Assembly: GCF_000181795.1 (NCBI RefSeq)
Contig: NW_003526948.1
Location: forward strand, 133,438-176,052
DNA from: Trichinella spiralis
Taxonomy: Eukaryota
Direction of reading: 5' to 3'
Length of the DNA stretch: 42,615 nt
Below, one piece after another: positions 1-14,809 of the stretch. The notes beneath the pieces were generated by a model. The model saw only the letters and a program-made list of their open reading frames with translations. It ran no database searches and had not been told where the DNA came from. Both the position numbers and the translations under genes were made by a program. Positions within the stretch are counted from its first letter, which is position 1, and every line of letters starts with the position of its first letter.

Positions 1-476
1 CCAGCCCTACCCTGTTTCTATCTATCTCAGTTTCATTATGGCAACAGATTCATTTGCAATTTGTATTGCTGTTTTATTTCTAATGTAAAAATTCTTTTAC
101 ATGTGAGATATTGCAGTTTGTTGTGAATTTTTAAAATCATCTCTATTTATTTGTCAATTCATTCAACAAGGATGGAAGATGGCTTTTTTCAACACTGGCT
201 AATTCATTTCAGCACAATCCTTGACAAAATGTTTTAGCATTTAAAATCCAAAAAGTCGTATATAGTCAGTATATATCATTGTGTAATCCGGTGTTATTTT
301 TCTTGCTTTTTATGTTATTTTCATAAATAGCGATTCAAATCCATTAATTTACAAAATTAAAATTTTACTCTGTTGAAATAATGAAATAAAACAGCATACT
401 ATATTTGAAAATTTGATTGAATATGTAGACAGATTGGGAAGTGTAAAGAAAAGGAAGAATGTAATTTGCAATGGAT

Positions 477-1862
477 TTAAGCTTTTTTGTATTCGAAGCC
501 GGCTTGGGTACGGGGCGGTGGGCAGTGGTCGCATGATCCTGGTCTGCCTGGTGGACCGCGCGGGCCTGCATATTGACGAATAAATATTAGATACTAATTT
601 TTTACATTCTTATTGCAATACAATAATAATACCTGATTTTCCCGGCAATCCAACTGGACCTTCAGGGCCGATTTCACCAGGGTCTCCAGGAGGACCGGGT
701 GGTCCGTGGGCTCCAGCAGTTCCGTCTCTACCTGGCGGGCCAGGGGGTCCTCTTGGTCCTGTAATTTTCCTCATTATAATATGCATTTTTCTTGAGGTGC
801 TGATGTAAAAGTTATTTTACCTGGTAGACCTGGTGATCCTGGTGGACCAGGTGGTGCAGTGTTAATAACTTTTCCTAAAGTAAGCATACATTTATTTATT
901 TCTTCAGTTTTTTACCTCTTCAGCAATATCTCAGCTGTATATACCTGGTTCACCAGGGGGTCCTTTTTCTCCTGGTTCTCCAGGAATTCCAGGTGGTCCA
1001 GGTGGTCCTAAATTAGTCAGTTACAAGTAATGAGCTTTGGGACAGAAAGTTTTCCTTTACCTTGCGGTCCAGGACGGCCTGGGGTTCCATCAACTCCTGG
1101 TTCTCCTGGATCACCTTGCGGTCCGGGTAATCCTTTGGGTCCAGGAGGTCCTGGTGGGCCAACAGGTCCTGGTGGGCATTTTTGACACGGAGGCTGTAAA
1201 ATTATAATTGTTTTCTTCTGTTATTCAGGCATACGAATGTGCAGTAAATTACTTTTGGAGGTGGAGGAGGAAGTAAATGACCATCTCTGCCTGGGGGACC
1301 AGGATTACCAGGGCGGCCAGGAGCACCAGGACGTCCATCTCGTCCTGGTGGACCTGGTGGACCTGGGGGACCTTGTTGACAAGAGCAGCCTATAAAAGAA
1401 TAGTATTTTAAAAGTACTGTTAAGCAGTGGTGAGTTTCTCTTGTCAAAAATTACAATCTCCTGCAGGAAGAACATTAATTGATGGAATGCTTCCGTATTG
1501 ACGTTTCGCTCGAGAAAGGAACAACGGTAGACGACTAGCGGCAGCGAGTTTTGGCGCTTTGTTTATCGACAAAGCATGTAATTGTACCATTTCTTTCCAC
1601 ATATCTTTGGAGCGAGCCTGAAGTATAGTATAAACAGATGTTATAATAAATTTATATGCAAATTTTAAGAAAAAAAGAAGTAATTTCTCACTTTACAAAA
1701 GTCAACTTCGTCCTGCATGATCGTTTGTACATTTTGTACATAGTTGTACATAAGTGGCAATGTGATCACACAAGAAAGAACAGCTACGGTGCTGAAAGCA
1801 ACAGCACAAAAAGCGACTGGCCTTAAAGAACGTCTTGTAGACAGCTCACTTTGCCCATGCAT
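477..1862 (-). CDS. Nematode cuticle collagen (8 exons; C-terminus [20 protein letters not shown])
   Basis: Exon 1 (1862-1692) encodes a Col_cuticle_N-type hydrophobic segment ([33 protein letters not shown]...DEVDFCK). Exon 2 (from 1617) has the furin-type site RAKR. Then come CCSCQQG and Gly-X-Y exons split by short GT-AG introns, ending in CDHCPPPR with stop TAA at 479-477. Confidence 0.95.
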
Positions 1863-2003
1863 CTTTTCGCCGGCAACTGTGAACGTCGAGTTAGATCTGT
1901 TTGGTTGTGCTGCTTTGCCAATACTCGATGAACATGCATATATATATATGCATATAAGGGTGTGTATGTGTGTGTTTGTAGATGTACGTTTCTACAGCAG
2001 GCG

Positions 2004-2168
2004 TGACCTATTAAAATTGTTCAGGTCGTTAAGGGCAGTTCGCCTTCATCGTAGCGACCGGCCTAAATTGTTGCTCATCGTTTGCCGTTGCTCAAGATTA
2101 AGGTCGTCAACTTGTCTTGTGTCCGCTTCTGCAAAGGCACATTGCATTTTCTTATTGCAAATTGACCT
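2004..2168. promoter_or_regulatory. Cluster of nuclear-receptor half sites (RGGTCA/RGGTCG) upstream of the first collagen
   Basis: TGACCT 2004-2009 and 2163-2168 read TTTAAT-AGGTCA and AAAAAA-AGGTCA on the gene strand (RORE-like). AGGTCG occurs at 2023-2028 and 2101-2106. All lie 140-310 bp upstream of the ATG. Confidence 0.4.
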
Positions 2169-5017
2169 TTTTTTTCTGCAATGTCAGTTCTAACTTTGAC
2201 AGCAGGCCGGTACAGCTTATTTTCATTTAATTTCCTAGAAAGCTTTATTGCAACTTTTAAACGATTTTTTTCTGACTGATTTTCGTATATTCTTTTTATC
2301 AACAGTACAATAGCATTTTCAATTTAATAAGCTATCTATATTGCCATGGATATATATTGGTCCTCAATAATTAATTTTGTAGCATTGAAATAGAAACATT
2401 TTTACAATGGATATGTGAGGAAATACACTTTTTAAACAATCAATTACAACTGACACTGTAAAATGGTAATGATATACGATGACCAGAAGCGCAACGGTGA
2501 TTTTGACTAATGTTTCAAGATAGACCAAATCCATATGTACATATGTACAGATATATGAAAAGCAAACTCAAATGAAAATTTTTTAAATTATTCACATCTG
2601 TAGGTTGTTGCAATTTCAGCATAATATTTAAAGTTCACTATTATTTGTATTTTAAGCACGTTTACTTTTTTTTCTTCTTTTACTGTTTCACTTTGAAACT
2701 ATTTATAAGCCGTTGAAAACTAACTTGTATACTGTACTGTAATATGAAAACTATCATTCATTATATCAGCTATCTAGTTTGGAATGTGCAGTTAAGATTC
2801 ACAGAAACAGCAAGTTTATGTGATGCAGTTATTTAAGCTAATATTTTGTATAAAATTATTTATGAAACTCTTTTGTAATTTGAAAGCTTACATTACACTA
2901 AATGGTTAATGGCACTGTAAGAAGTTTAAGTTGCGTTCAAAAAATGACATTATTGGCTATTTTTCATTGTTTTTTTTATTAATCATGGAAAATTTCTCTT
3001 CAAATGACGTTGTTGATAATATTTGTTTACTTTGGTGTGAAAGTATTTAGTAATGTGATGGTGGTGATTATGACCTTTGAAGTTGAGTTGACAATGAGTT
3101 CAGTTCCTTTAGCATTCATTGTATATTCGATGAATTGAAATTACATTAATACATTCTGTCTAAAGCAAGAGTTCAAAGTATTAAAATGATACTATGTATA
3201 GTGAGTGGAGCAGATTTGCCGTTTTGCTTATTAGTACAGTATAATGCTTAGTCTATAAGTATTACTTAATCAGTTGGGAACAGGTTGAGGGTTAAGTGGA
3301 ATTCATACATATCGTTGATATTGATCTGACCATAATGGAATGTGTGATGCTTTAACGAGTTCTAATAATTAGGGCACAACAGACAGGGGATTGGCGTTTT
3401 TTTTGACATAGCTATAATTTAATTTATCATTCATGAAATAATTCGACTATATTACTGTTCATTCATATATTGTAATTGCTTTGCAAATGAAATTTGAAAT
3501 AATATTTTTTTTATTAACACAATGTTACTATTGTAAAGTACATTTATTTATTAAATCAGTATTAAAAATAAATATTTTCATCATTAATGTTGGGCATGTT
3601 TTCTAATAGAAAAAGCATAATTTTATTGCAGATGATTTTATAAAATTTATATACAAGTGAATATGATTTATTAATTTTGGAGATATGTGACAGAGAATTG
3701 AAATAGTAAATAAAAAAAGCTGCCACTGACTATTAAACGCTTGGCATGAAATTTTCAACAGATGCAACCTACTGTAGTTTTTGATTGTTAAGGTTGTTAA
3801 TTAAAACATTGTGCAAGTAGTCAGAGCAGTTTGCACAGTATATTAATAGTTTATTAATTTCAACATTGGAAAGCTTTGTATTTGAAAAAGCCACGTTTTG
3901 AAGTCAAACAAAATATATTTGCATAGAATTTTGAATTCTTACGATAGTTACACAATTACTCATAACATAGTTTATAATTAAGAATTTAATGTTATTAAGT
4001 TAGCAGAGTATTTCTTACTGATAATTGATGAATATCGATTTGCATTCTTTGATAAATTATCAAGCTTCATTTTTTGATTCATGAACAATTCTATTTCATA
4101 ATAAATCTGTATAGCATAAAATTTGTGATTTGACACTTTTGACTTTTTGCTGCGCTTTCGTAGAAAATGCCTTCAATTTGAAGCCAAATATATTTGAATG
4201 CACGCCTTTTGTCAGGTTATCTTTTGTTGAGCAATTGCTTAAATTTTCAAGTTCCAGAGACAAAATATGTAATAATATAACGAATTGCCTTCCTGCCTAC
4301 CTGCTTGTGTTCACTTTCCATTGTATATAAGTGAAGATATTGAAAGAGCATTGTAATGGTGTTTTTTTTGAAAAAAATAGTTTCATCTAACTTTCATATT
4401 ATTCAGTTATGAAAAATAATGTGTAAAAAAAGAAGAATAAAAGAAAGAGAGAGTGAGAAAGAATGGGAGAGTTCATTGGAAGTTGGAAAAATGATTGCTT
4501 AATTTTGCCGTCACTATCAGCATGACGATTCTCAACAGTTCGAGACCCAGCACCGCATTAGCAGGTCGTGCTGAAATTTTTGCCCTCCAGCCGGGCCGTA
4601 TTGTGACCTGTGATTCCGTACAAAGTCACACCGGGTGTTTAAGGAAAAATGCAAAAACTGGTGCTTTTTTCTTCAGCGCACAATATTTTCCACGTATCTG
4701 ACCTGGTGAACTTGAGCAATATTTTTTTCCAACCAAAACCTAGTCTAACCGATTGTTCTGATTTTATAGTCATATAAAGTTTACACGGTTCTTTCTATTC
4801 AAGTCAGTTTGTTAATTTATTCCACAGGAGTTACCATCGAGTACGGCAAATTGAATTTGTGTTTTTTTCCATTTTGAATATTCCTTCACAGCTGCAGTCG
4901 AACACTTTGCCGTTTTATATTTGTATTTTCTTTATCGTCGATTGGCTCACTGCTCAATTTCACCACTTTTTTCCTTGATTGAGATTTTTTTTTGGATTTT
5001 ATAAAATATATTTTTTA

Positions 5018-6531
5018 ATGGAGGAAAATCGAGAAAAAGCTTATCGTTTGGTTGCATATTTTTCAACAGCCGTCAGCTTAATCGCTGCATTGTCCATGTC
5101 GATCAGCTTGCCTGCGATGTATAGTCACATTAGTTATGCGCAGAACAGGTTGCGATCAGACATGCGGAGTTGTCAGGTAAAAGCTTGTGATGCATTTTTG
5201 TTTAATCTGGAAAAACACTTCGAAATTTTATTCATTATGCAGGAAGTGACCAACGACGTTGAAGCAGAAATGGTATTGATCAAGCAGTACACTTTTGTTG
5301 CTAATCGAACTGCCAGACAAGCGTATGGCAGTGGAAGCTTTCCAGATAATTTTCCCGGAAGCGGTGTTGAGCAAGGCTTCCCTACAGTTGTACCTGGTCT
5401 TGTTCCAGATTCTGCATCCGGTGGTTTTCCTGGAGGATTTTCTCCAAATCCGGACGGAGTGATCCCAACCTTCCCTGGAAGCGGTTTACCGGGGAATATT
5501 GGTGATGAAAGTGCTGGAGTGCCTACTTTGCCAGGCAGTGGTGTCAATGGAGGACAATTTCAAGGTCAAACAGGTAGACAGACAGAAAAAATAGCTTCTT
5601 CATGCCTGTGATCAAACGAAATTTTCCAGGTTGTTGCAGGCCCGGTCCCCCAGGACCGCCTGGTCCACCTGGTGCTAACGGAGAGCCCGGTATGCCTGGC
5701 AGACCTGGAATGCAAGGAAAAACTGGTAAATTCTCGTGGGAACATTGCAAGATGATACCAATTCTTCCGTGTCCAGTAAATTCTTTTCATCTGTTATTTT
5801 TTGCGTTATTTCAAAGAGATTTGCTTTAGCCTTGCCCGCCTGGACCTCCAGGTCCTGCCGGACCTCAAGGACCACAAGGTAAAGTTGAATATGACAGTTT
5901 AATTGGTAAACAATTTAAATGTTGATAATTTAGGAGACGTTGGTCCGCCTGGTATGAGCGCAGCTCCAGGTGATGATGGTTCCCCTGGCATACCAGGTAC
6001 TTACAAAGCCGACAGTGTATTTCATGCAGACAATTCACAAAGGTTTTGATTTCAGGTTCTCCTGGATTGCCTGGACATGCTGGTGAACCTGGCATTGACG
6101 GTGAAGCTGGAGAGCCTGGGCGTCCAGCTGAATATGTTCCAATGACACCAGGTAATTAAATATTGGCAACATTGATCAATGGATAATTTATTTCAAAAAT
6201 TTACTTCATTTCAGGTGATCCTGGAGATATGGGTCCCACAGGACCGGCAGGTCCACAAGGTCCAAATGGTGCTGATGGTGTTAGTGGTCCTCCTGGTCCT
6301 CCTGGTAGCAAAGGATCTGTTGGTGTGCCAGGTCTGCCTGGATTGCAGGGTCCTCCAGGTACATTTACTTAGACTGTCATTAGATAAGGAATTTTATGAT
6401 GAATATGATTTGAAGGTCCTCGAGGACTTCCTGGAAAAATGGGTCCGCCAGGAACAGAAGGTGTTTGCCCCACATATTGCGCAGCTGACGGCGGAGCCTT
6501 CCATCTCAATCAGCCATACAAAAGACATTGA
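5018..6531 (+). CDS. Nematode cuticle collagen (8 exons; C-terminus [23 protein letters not shown])
   Basis: Exons 5018-5176, 5243-5573, 5630-5775, 5830-5878, 5934-5996, 6056-6151, 6215-6358, 6416-6531. N-terminal [32 protein letters not shown] cleavage site, GCCRPG, Gly-X-Y blocks and a CPxYCAxDGG terminus typical of the col-1/dpy-13-like class. Confidence 0.95.
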
Positions 6532-6734
6532 GGAAAAGCATGTTAAGAGATGTCCGTTGCGATCCTTCGTCTTTTGGAAAGGAGAACTACGTTTCTCATG
6601 TTTTATCGTTAATTTCTAACATTCGTCGTCTATTTTCCCGCCCTCCTTGTACATTCAACTTTTTTGCCATTTCTTGACATTTCTCCATTTCTGCCAAGTT
6701 TGTTTCTGTCTTCTAAATGTTCAGGTTGTGGAAT

Positions 6735-6743
6735 TTTATTAAA
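6735..6743. promoter_or_regulatory. Overlapping candidate poly(A) signals for the two convergent collagen genes
   Basis: TTTATT at 6735-6740 reads AATAAA on the - strand, ~55 nt after the - strand stop. It overlaps ATTAAA at 6738-6743 on the + strand, ~207 nt after the + strand stop. Confidence 0.45.
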
Positions 6744-6794
6744 ACGTAAAACAACTGAATATGTGTTGAATTCGATGGAAATTTTATAGAAGCA

Positions 6795-8586
<1,792 letters not shown>

Positions 8587-10396
8587 TCTGTCACAAATTA
8601 AGCTGACTAAGAATAACAGCTTAAATAGTATAACAAGTTGTAAGTCGCCAACAAGAAGAGAACTTCTGATAAGAAATGGTACGGAAAATTTTTATCCATA
8701 CCTTTAACGTAAACTTCAAGAATGATTTGCAAATGGGTCGCACTGTTTAATGTTTGAACATGGTTTGCTGGACAATGGTGGAAGGTTAAGCATTCAGTTT
8801 AGCATCCTGTTGACCGAAATCGAACCCTTTGTTGGTCTTTCAATTATTCAAATTCACATCTTAAACAGTTTACGTTTATCAATTCGAATTTGTACTTTAT
8901 GTGCGCAATTGCAATCAAAACCAAATAAATTGTGTACATTCAAGAAGAGTCATTTTACGAGCAAACAAACTGAGCTTTTCAAGAATTTTACACTGTTGAC
9001 ACGCATTTTTTAATCGTCAATAATAATTAATAAAAGCAAATAATCGAAAGGTCAGTTGTGTACTGGAGTTTTACGTTCATTAATGCTGTTTGATTCTCCT
9101 TAAACTGGCCACAGTAACGGTGTTGCTGATTTAAATGACGAACAGATGCATAGAGTTGTCTAATGTTGCATGAAGTTCGCAGTATTCTCTCGAAGAATGA
9201 TTTTCGAATCGCTTTGCATAAAATTCTAAATATTCACTATTCAATGGTGGATAAGCTTCAGTTTGACTGATTTTGACCATTTTCAATTAAGAGCATTGCA
9301 GTTACTGATTATTACTCGCCATTATATTTTCATAAACAAGCATAAATAACACACAAAATCATCATTTAAACATAATAATTTTTTTTTCATTTCTGTGTTT
9401 CAACTTAATAAAATAAATTTTAAATACTTTTAAAAGTTGAAAAATTAAACAAGTTTTCAAATGGCATTAAATATTTTGGCGTTTATCATCAAATTTTGTC
9501 AAATAAAATATCCTTATACTGTAATTTGTACCTGAGTAATAAATAATGAAATCTTGCAATTCGTTAAAATAATTCGGTTTTTCTTGAAAATTCATACTGT
9601 CAAGTAATTATTTGCATTTTTGTTTATTTTTCCCGTTGAGAAATTAAAAAAGTATTTTTTATTATGCTGTCTACTCTTTTAGTTTTTTCCTGAAATAGCA
9701 GTTCGTTAATGTTGCTTATTGGAGAAAGCAATCAGTTTTTCATAGTGAATAGTTTATGCTGTGTTTCTGCCATGATCAAAACTCGGTAGAAACGGTAATT
9801 GTTTATTCGACACACTAACTTGAACACACACACACGCCACATATCTTCGTAACTAACTAACATGTTATCTGTGTGCTACAGTAAATGAAATAGAAGATGA
9901 TCAAGTTACATTCACAATAATTTTGAATTATATTAATTCAATACACAACACCAATACACAACAGTTTGCTTTTGATTTTTAGTTATGCTCACAATTAGAA
10001 TTTTTTTTATGTCACATCTATTTTACTGTAATATTATTTGCGCGTCATATCATACAGTAATACATTTCTATGCGTTGTGTAAAATGAGAAAATGCTCAGA
10101 GTCACTCGAAGTTACATGTTTTGATTATTTTTAATAATTTTTAATATGGCTTTAAGAATCTCTTTTTTTGTTTACTGATTATCTGGAAGAACATTTTTTC
10201 TTATAAAATATATGTAATGCAGTCTAAATCGTGTGAAATTGTTATGATGCAAAGTACTTTTGTTATTGAAATGAACTTGCCTTGGAAAGTTATTGCAAAA
10301 TAGAATGTTTCTAACTTGGATAAATTTTTAAAAATGTTAATTAATTTGAGATGCTGTTGTATTTAATAACAAGATTGAAATTTTCGATTCGTTAAG

Positions 10397-12876
10397 ATGA
10401 TAGAGTCTACCAACGATGTTTCTCAGTTCAGTGAATTGCTGCAAGCTTTTCGAGATCGGTACAACTGTGAAGCCGAATATGTTGTTAAGAGTCCTGGAAG
10501 GATCAACATTATAGGTTATTGCGATATTGCTGCAGTTAATATTTATATTCCATGATATGATGTTAATATTTTACAGGTGAACACATTGACTACTGCGGCT
10601 ATGCAGTACTTCCGATGGCTATCAATGAATGCATCTATGCTGCATTTTCTGTTAATCAAAATTCTGAAGAGATAACTGTTTGTAACACTGACACCGAATA
10701 CGAGTAATTCTACGTGAGAATATTAATAAACACGTTTCAGTTGTATAAATTAAGTGAAAATTTCCAACATTTTCGGTTTGTATTCATTTATAGTTGGATT
10801 CATCGAATTTATTCTTGATGGTCAGAGGTAAATGCTTCATTGTTTTCAGGCCATTTGAAGCAATACTTTCCTGCTTTACTATTTCTTGCAATAATCCCTG
10901 CTGGAAAGATTATTTTTTGACTGGCGTTCAAGCTGCAAAGGGTCACGTTCATGACTATCAGGATGAAGCGGGCGAAAATGCGGAAGTGAAGCTTGCTTTT
11001 CGAGGTAATTAATCTGTACATTCAAGAAGAGCCATTTTACAATTTAAATATGTATAATTTGAAATTGGAATGTAACTTTTTGTTTAATATTTTCAGTTTT
11101 CACAGTTTAAATTATAGTTCAATGAAACATGAGTTTAATACTATTGACGTTGAGAATAGTTTAATGAGGAAACTGGAATTATTTCGCAACTTTTATCTAA
11201 TTTTATCATGTTCAATAAATAAGTAAATTTGTATATATTTATTTTTGTAAATGTTTAAATGGAAGAAATTGAGAAAGGATACTGTGAATTAGAGTTAGTT
11301 TGTAGAATGCGAGATTTTTTCCTCATGTGAAAGCTGTACAATAATTGGTAGAATTGTCCGAAGTGATTTTGGATTGGAATGTATGTTTTTGCAGGCTTCA
11401 AAGCGATGATCAGTAGCAAACTGCCAGCACGTGCTGGGTTAGCTAGTTCTAGTGCACTTGTTTGTTGTGCAGCGGCGTGTACAATGGTCGCGGTGGGCGA
11501 TGGAAATTTCCGCACCATAACCAAAGTACAGTAAATTTGAAAATGAAGATTAATTTTTTTCATTTTTTCAAAATTCAGGAAACTTTGGCGGAATTTTGTT
11601 CACATTGTGAAAAAAATGCCGGCGTTAATGGTGGCAGTATGGATCACTTTATTTGTTTTACTGCACGAGATGGAATGGTCGGTTTTTATTCATTTCAATT
11701 GCAAGCTGCTCACTTTGAAAATTTTTGCTGATCTTGCAGGCGAAATATATTCAGTTCAAACCGCTTCGTCTCGACGACGTCACTTTGCCGCCGAAGGCTC
11801 GTTTTGTGGTTTTCCACTGTGGACTTGAATCGGCCAAAGGTGCAGCGAATTCTTTGTTCAATAAACGTGTGACGGAATGTCATTTAGCAACAAAAGTTGT
11901 TTGCTTTTATTGTTTATTTATTGGTTTATTTGGAATTAATTAATTTAAATTTTCAGTTCATTGCTAAAGTTTTTGGACTGGACTGGCGTCGAATGAATAC
12001 TATTAAGGATGTTCAGGACGCTGTCGCTGACGTTGACGAGAACAGATTCAAGGAAATTGCGTTGTCTGCTTTCGGACAAGACGCTTACACAGTTGCAGAG
12101 ATAATAAGCTTCTTGCAATGTGACGAATGTGAATTGGAAATGTTATTTTACCGACGCTACCCAACCAGTGATTTTATTAATTAATTCACATATTCTGATA
12201 GCTTTTTTTGTTTTTTTATGTCGATTGTGATTTGTTGTTATGCAAATTTCAGATGAACAATTTTATTTGAAAAGGAGAGCCAGACACGTGATTGAAGAAT
12301 CGATGCGTGTGAAAGAGTTTCGTTCGATTTGCGATCAATTTGCCAATGGTCAGTTGTCAGAGGATCTTTGCCTCTCAAAGCTGGGAAAATTGATGGACGA
12401 CAGTCACCACTCGTGTTCATACTTCTACGATTGTAGCTGTGAAGAATTGGATTTCATCCAGCAGATGTTCAAGTTAGCTGCTAATTTCTTTTCTATCTTT
12501 TCTTGTACTGCTACTTTCCATTGTTTTTTCATTGCAATTTGATTATTTCACGTGGATCGAGAAATATCCGTGTCAATTGTCTGATCAACTACTATTTCAT
12601 TCACTTCTACTATTTGCTCAGCGTTTTGATATTATGCAAATTTTGTTTGAATATTTAATAAATATGACAATTTTTAGGAAATTTGGTGCCATAGGAAGTC
12701 GTTTGACTGGAGCAGGATGGGGTGGTGCTGTTATCGCATTGATCGATGCCGACCGAGCGGAAGGTTTTCAAGAATCAGTAGAACGATACATCGAAGGAAG
12801 CGCTTTTAGGTCTTATAAGCCTTTCTTCGTTTCACCTGGACAAGGCTTGCAGATTTTCAGCCTACCACACAGTTGA
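10397..12876 (+). CDS. GALK2: N-acetylgalactosamine kinase / galactokinase (GHMP kinase, GALK2-like), ~9 exons
   Basis: Spliced translation gives SPGRINIIG|EHIDYCGYAVLPMAI (galactokinase signature), PARAGLASSSA (GHMP ATP-binding loop), GGSMDH, FNKRVTECHLA, RRARHVIEESMRV, LGKLMDDSHHSCSYFYDCSCEELD and GAIGSRLTGAGWGG. Approximate exons 10397-10514, 10577-10703, 10850-11004, 11395-11525, 11579-11677, 11740-11895, 11957-12167, 12253-12472, 12678-12876. Confidence 0.93.
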
Positions 12877-14443
12877 AACGTTTCTATTCCTTCTTCTTCT
12901 TCTTCTTCTTAGGAAATTGTAAGTGAACATTTCAACACATCGTAAATACACTTTCTACTTTTGCATATTTTTATTACATCTTATCCAAGAGAAGCTTTTA
13001 CTGATATTTATCATGATTTACAAGATACTGTGATTTATCAACTGCAGTAATATGCAGGGAAATTACGAGTTTTATTTGCTTCTCATTTATTTATCAGATG
13101 CTGTGTGATGCGTATTAAAAGTCGGACACGTACATGCTAATTTATTTAATGCAAAATATGTTTCTCTGTAACAGTAAGGTCTGCAACTTTCTTGCAGTGC
13201 CGTTTATCTTTTCAGTGTTGCACAATATTGGAAAATAAATTTTACCTTACTGTCTAAATAAATTTAACTAAGTGTTGCATGCTTAATATTTGTTTAAAGC
13301 ATCAAATGATCTGAGCAATTTCCTACTGGAAGCAACGTAATAATTGTAATGACTCAATTCGTGACAACTTATGAGCCATGATTCTGAATAATAATACTGT
13401 ATTGTGTTAAATATTCTAAATAAAACTCAGGTAGAAGCAACCACGGTCTGTTGTTTTTGCTTTTAGAAAATTTGCGCAAAGCAGGAATAATTTGCCGTTT
13501 TTAACTAGACAATAAACAAATGCAAATGAAATGAAACTGCTTTCATCAGCAGTTACAATCAGAATAAATACTGTAGATTGAAAGTTTAATTTAGAAGATA
13601 ATTAAGTCCTAAAAAATAGATTGCCAAGTAATAATTGAAAATTCATGCCGAAACTGTTCATGCATTAACATTATTTTCATAATTAACTGTTTTATTGAAG
13701 AATACCATATTTCATTTGTTATAATGTCGAAAAGCTTCTGAACGCTTAAATGATATTCAGCCTCCAGTGCACCCAGTGAAATTTCTTAATCTATTCGAAC
13801 AGAATAGCGTGAAATGCTATTATTAAAATTATTAAAAATCAATTCAATGTTCAGAGTTCATAAATTATATTTTATTCATAAATTTCTTAGCTACGACTGG
13901 TATTTCATTAGCTGCTTTGCGCAACTTTTTAAATTTTATGAAAACAAATTGAAAAATTTTTGTTATTCAACTGTTTCATCAGATGATCATGAAACAGTCT
14001 ATAATTTTGAATTTCATTCACTGATGATAATAATTTAAAGAATATTATTTATTATGAAGCGAAATTTATGATCATGAAAGTACAATAGCTAGCTAAAGTA
14101 ATTCGTTCTCTGACTATTCAAAGTGCCGACTTTAGTAAAATCATTTTGTCGCTAAAAATATGTAAATTAGCACAAGTTAAAGAAATAAATTAATAAAACA
14201 GACAATTTTATTGTTGTTGACAAGCATAAATTTGTACACCGTTTTATTTCACTCTTGGAAATCATTGGATAAGAAGCATTTATATGTTTTTTAATTGCAG
14301 AAAATGAAAATTTGTAAGTTTATTAAAGGTAATTTTTAAAAATTAAAAGCAAAAATTTAAAAACTGCTGAATTTTAGTGAAAATCGGTATTAGTGTTGTA
14401 AACATAAATAAAGAAATTGATTATTAACGGTTGGAGGGTGGTG

Positions 14444-14500
14444 TGGCGTAGTGGTTAATAGCCAGCCAAGCCACCGCCCTCCCCAGCCGTGTTCGATTCC
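14444..14500 (+). promoter_or_regulatory. Pol III type-2 internal promoter (A box + B box)
   Basis: A box TGGCGTAGTGG matches TRGCNNAGYGG and B box GTTCGATTCC matches GTTCRANNC, with tRNA-like spacing. TATA-like TAAATA at 14405-14410 lies ~28 nt before the presumed start. Confidence 0.7.
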
Positions 14501-14809
14501 CGGAGGCAGTTGTAAAAGCTAAGCGTACACATACACTAAATACGCTAGCGGTTGAAGTGCCAACATAAGCGCGCATAGCTATCTCATATGTGCTGAATTG
14601 AGAACTCTCCGAAGCAGTATCTTCCAGATACGGCCTTCCTACTATAAGGAAAGTTCAAGAAAGCTATGGAATAGCTGCACTCCGGTAGCAGTGCGACATG
14701 ACGATGGTTAATGTAGACAGAATGCCGGAACAGCGTTGTCCATTTCTAAGAATGAAGTTATGGATAAAGCGTTCCGAGCTAACATCGTCCTCCACTGAGC
14801 AAGACTAAG

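Noticed and set aside
1744..2193. 149-aa + strand ORF and other ORFs antisense to the collagens (e.g. 5173-5547, 6865-7152, 7546-7755)
   Set aside because: Shadow frames of GC-rich collagen exons or promoter DNA, with no independent coding signal.
2908..2930. miR-228/miR-263-like sequence AATGGCACTGTAAGAAG
   Set aside because: The 5' part resembles the family, but the 3' part diverges and neither flank forms a convincing precursor hairpin.
14436..14510. Functional tRNA gene
   Set aside because: D- and T-loop sequences are present, but the 3' side (AGGCAGT) cannot pair with GGTGGTG, the T stem has a mismatch and no anticodon arm is evident.
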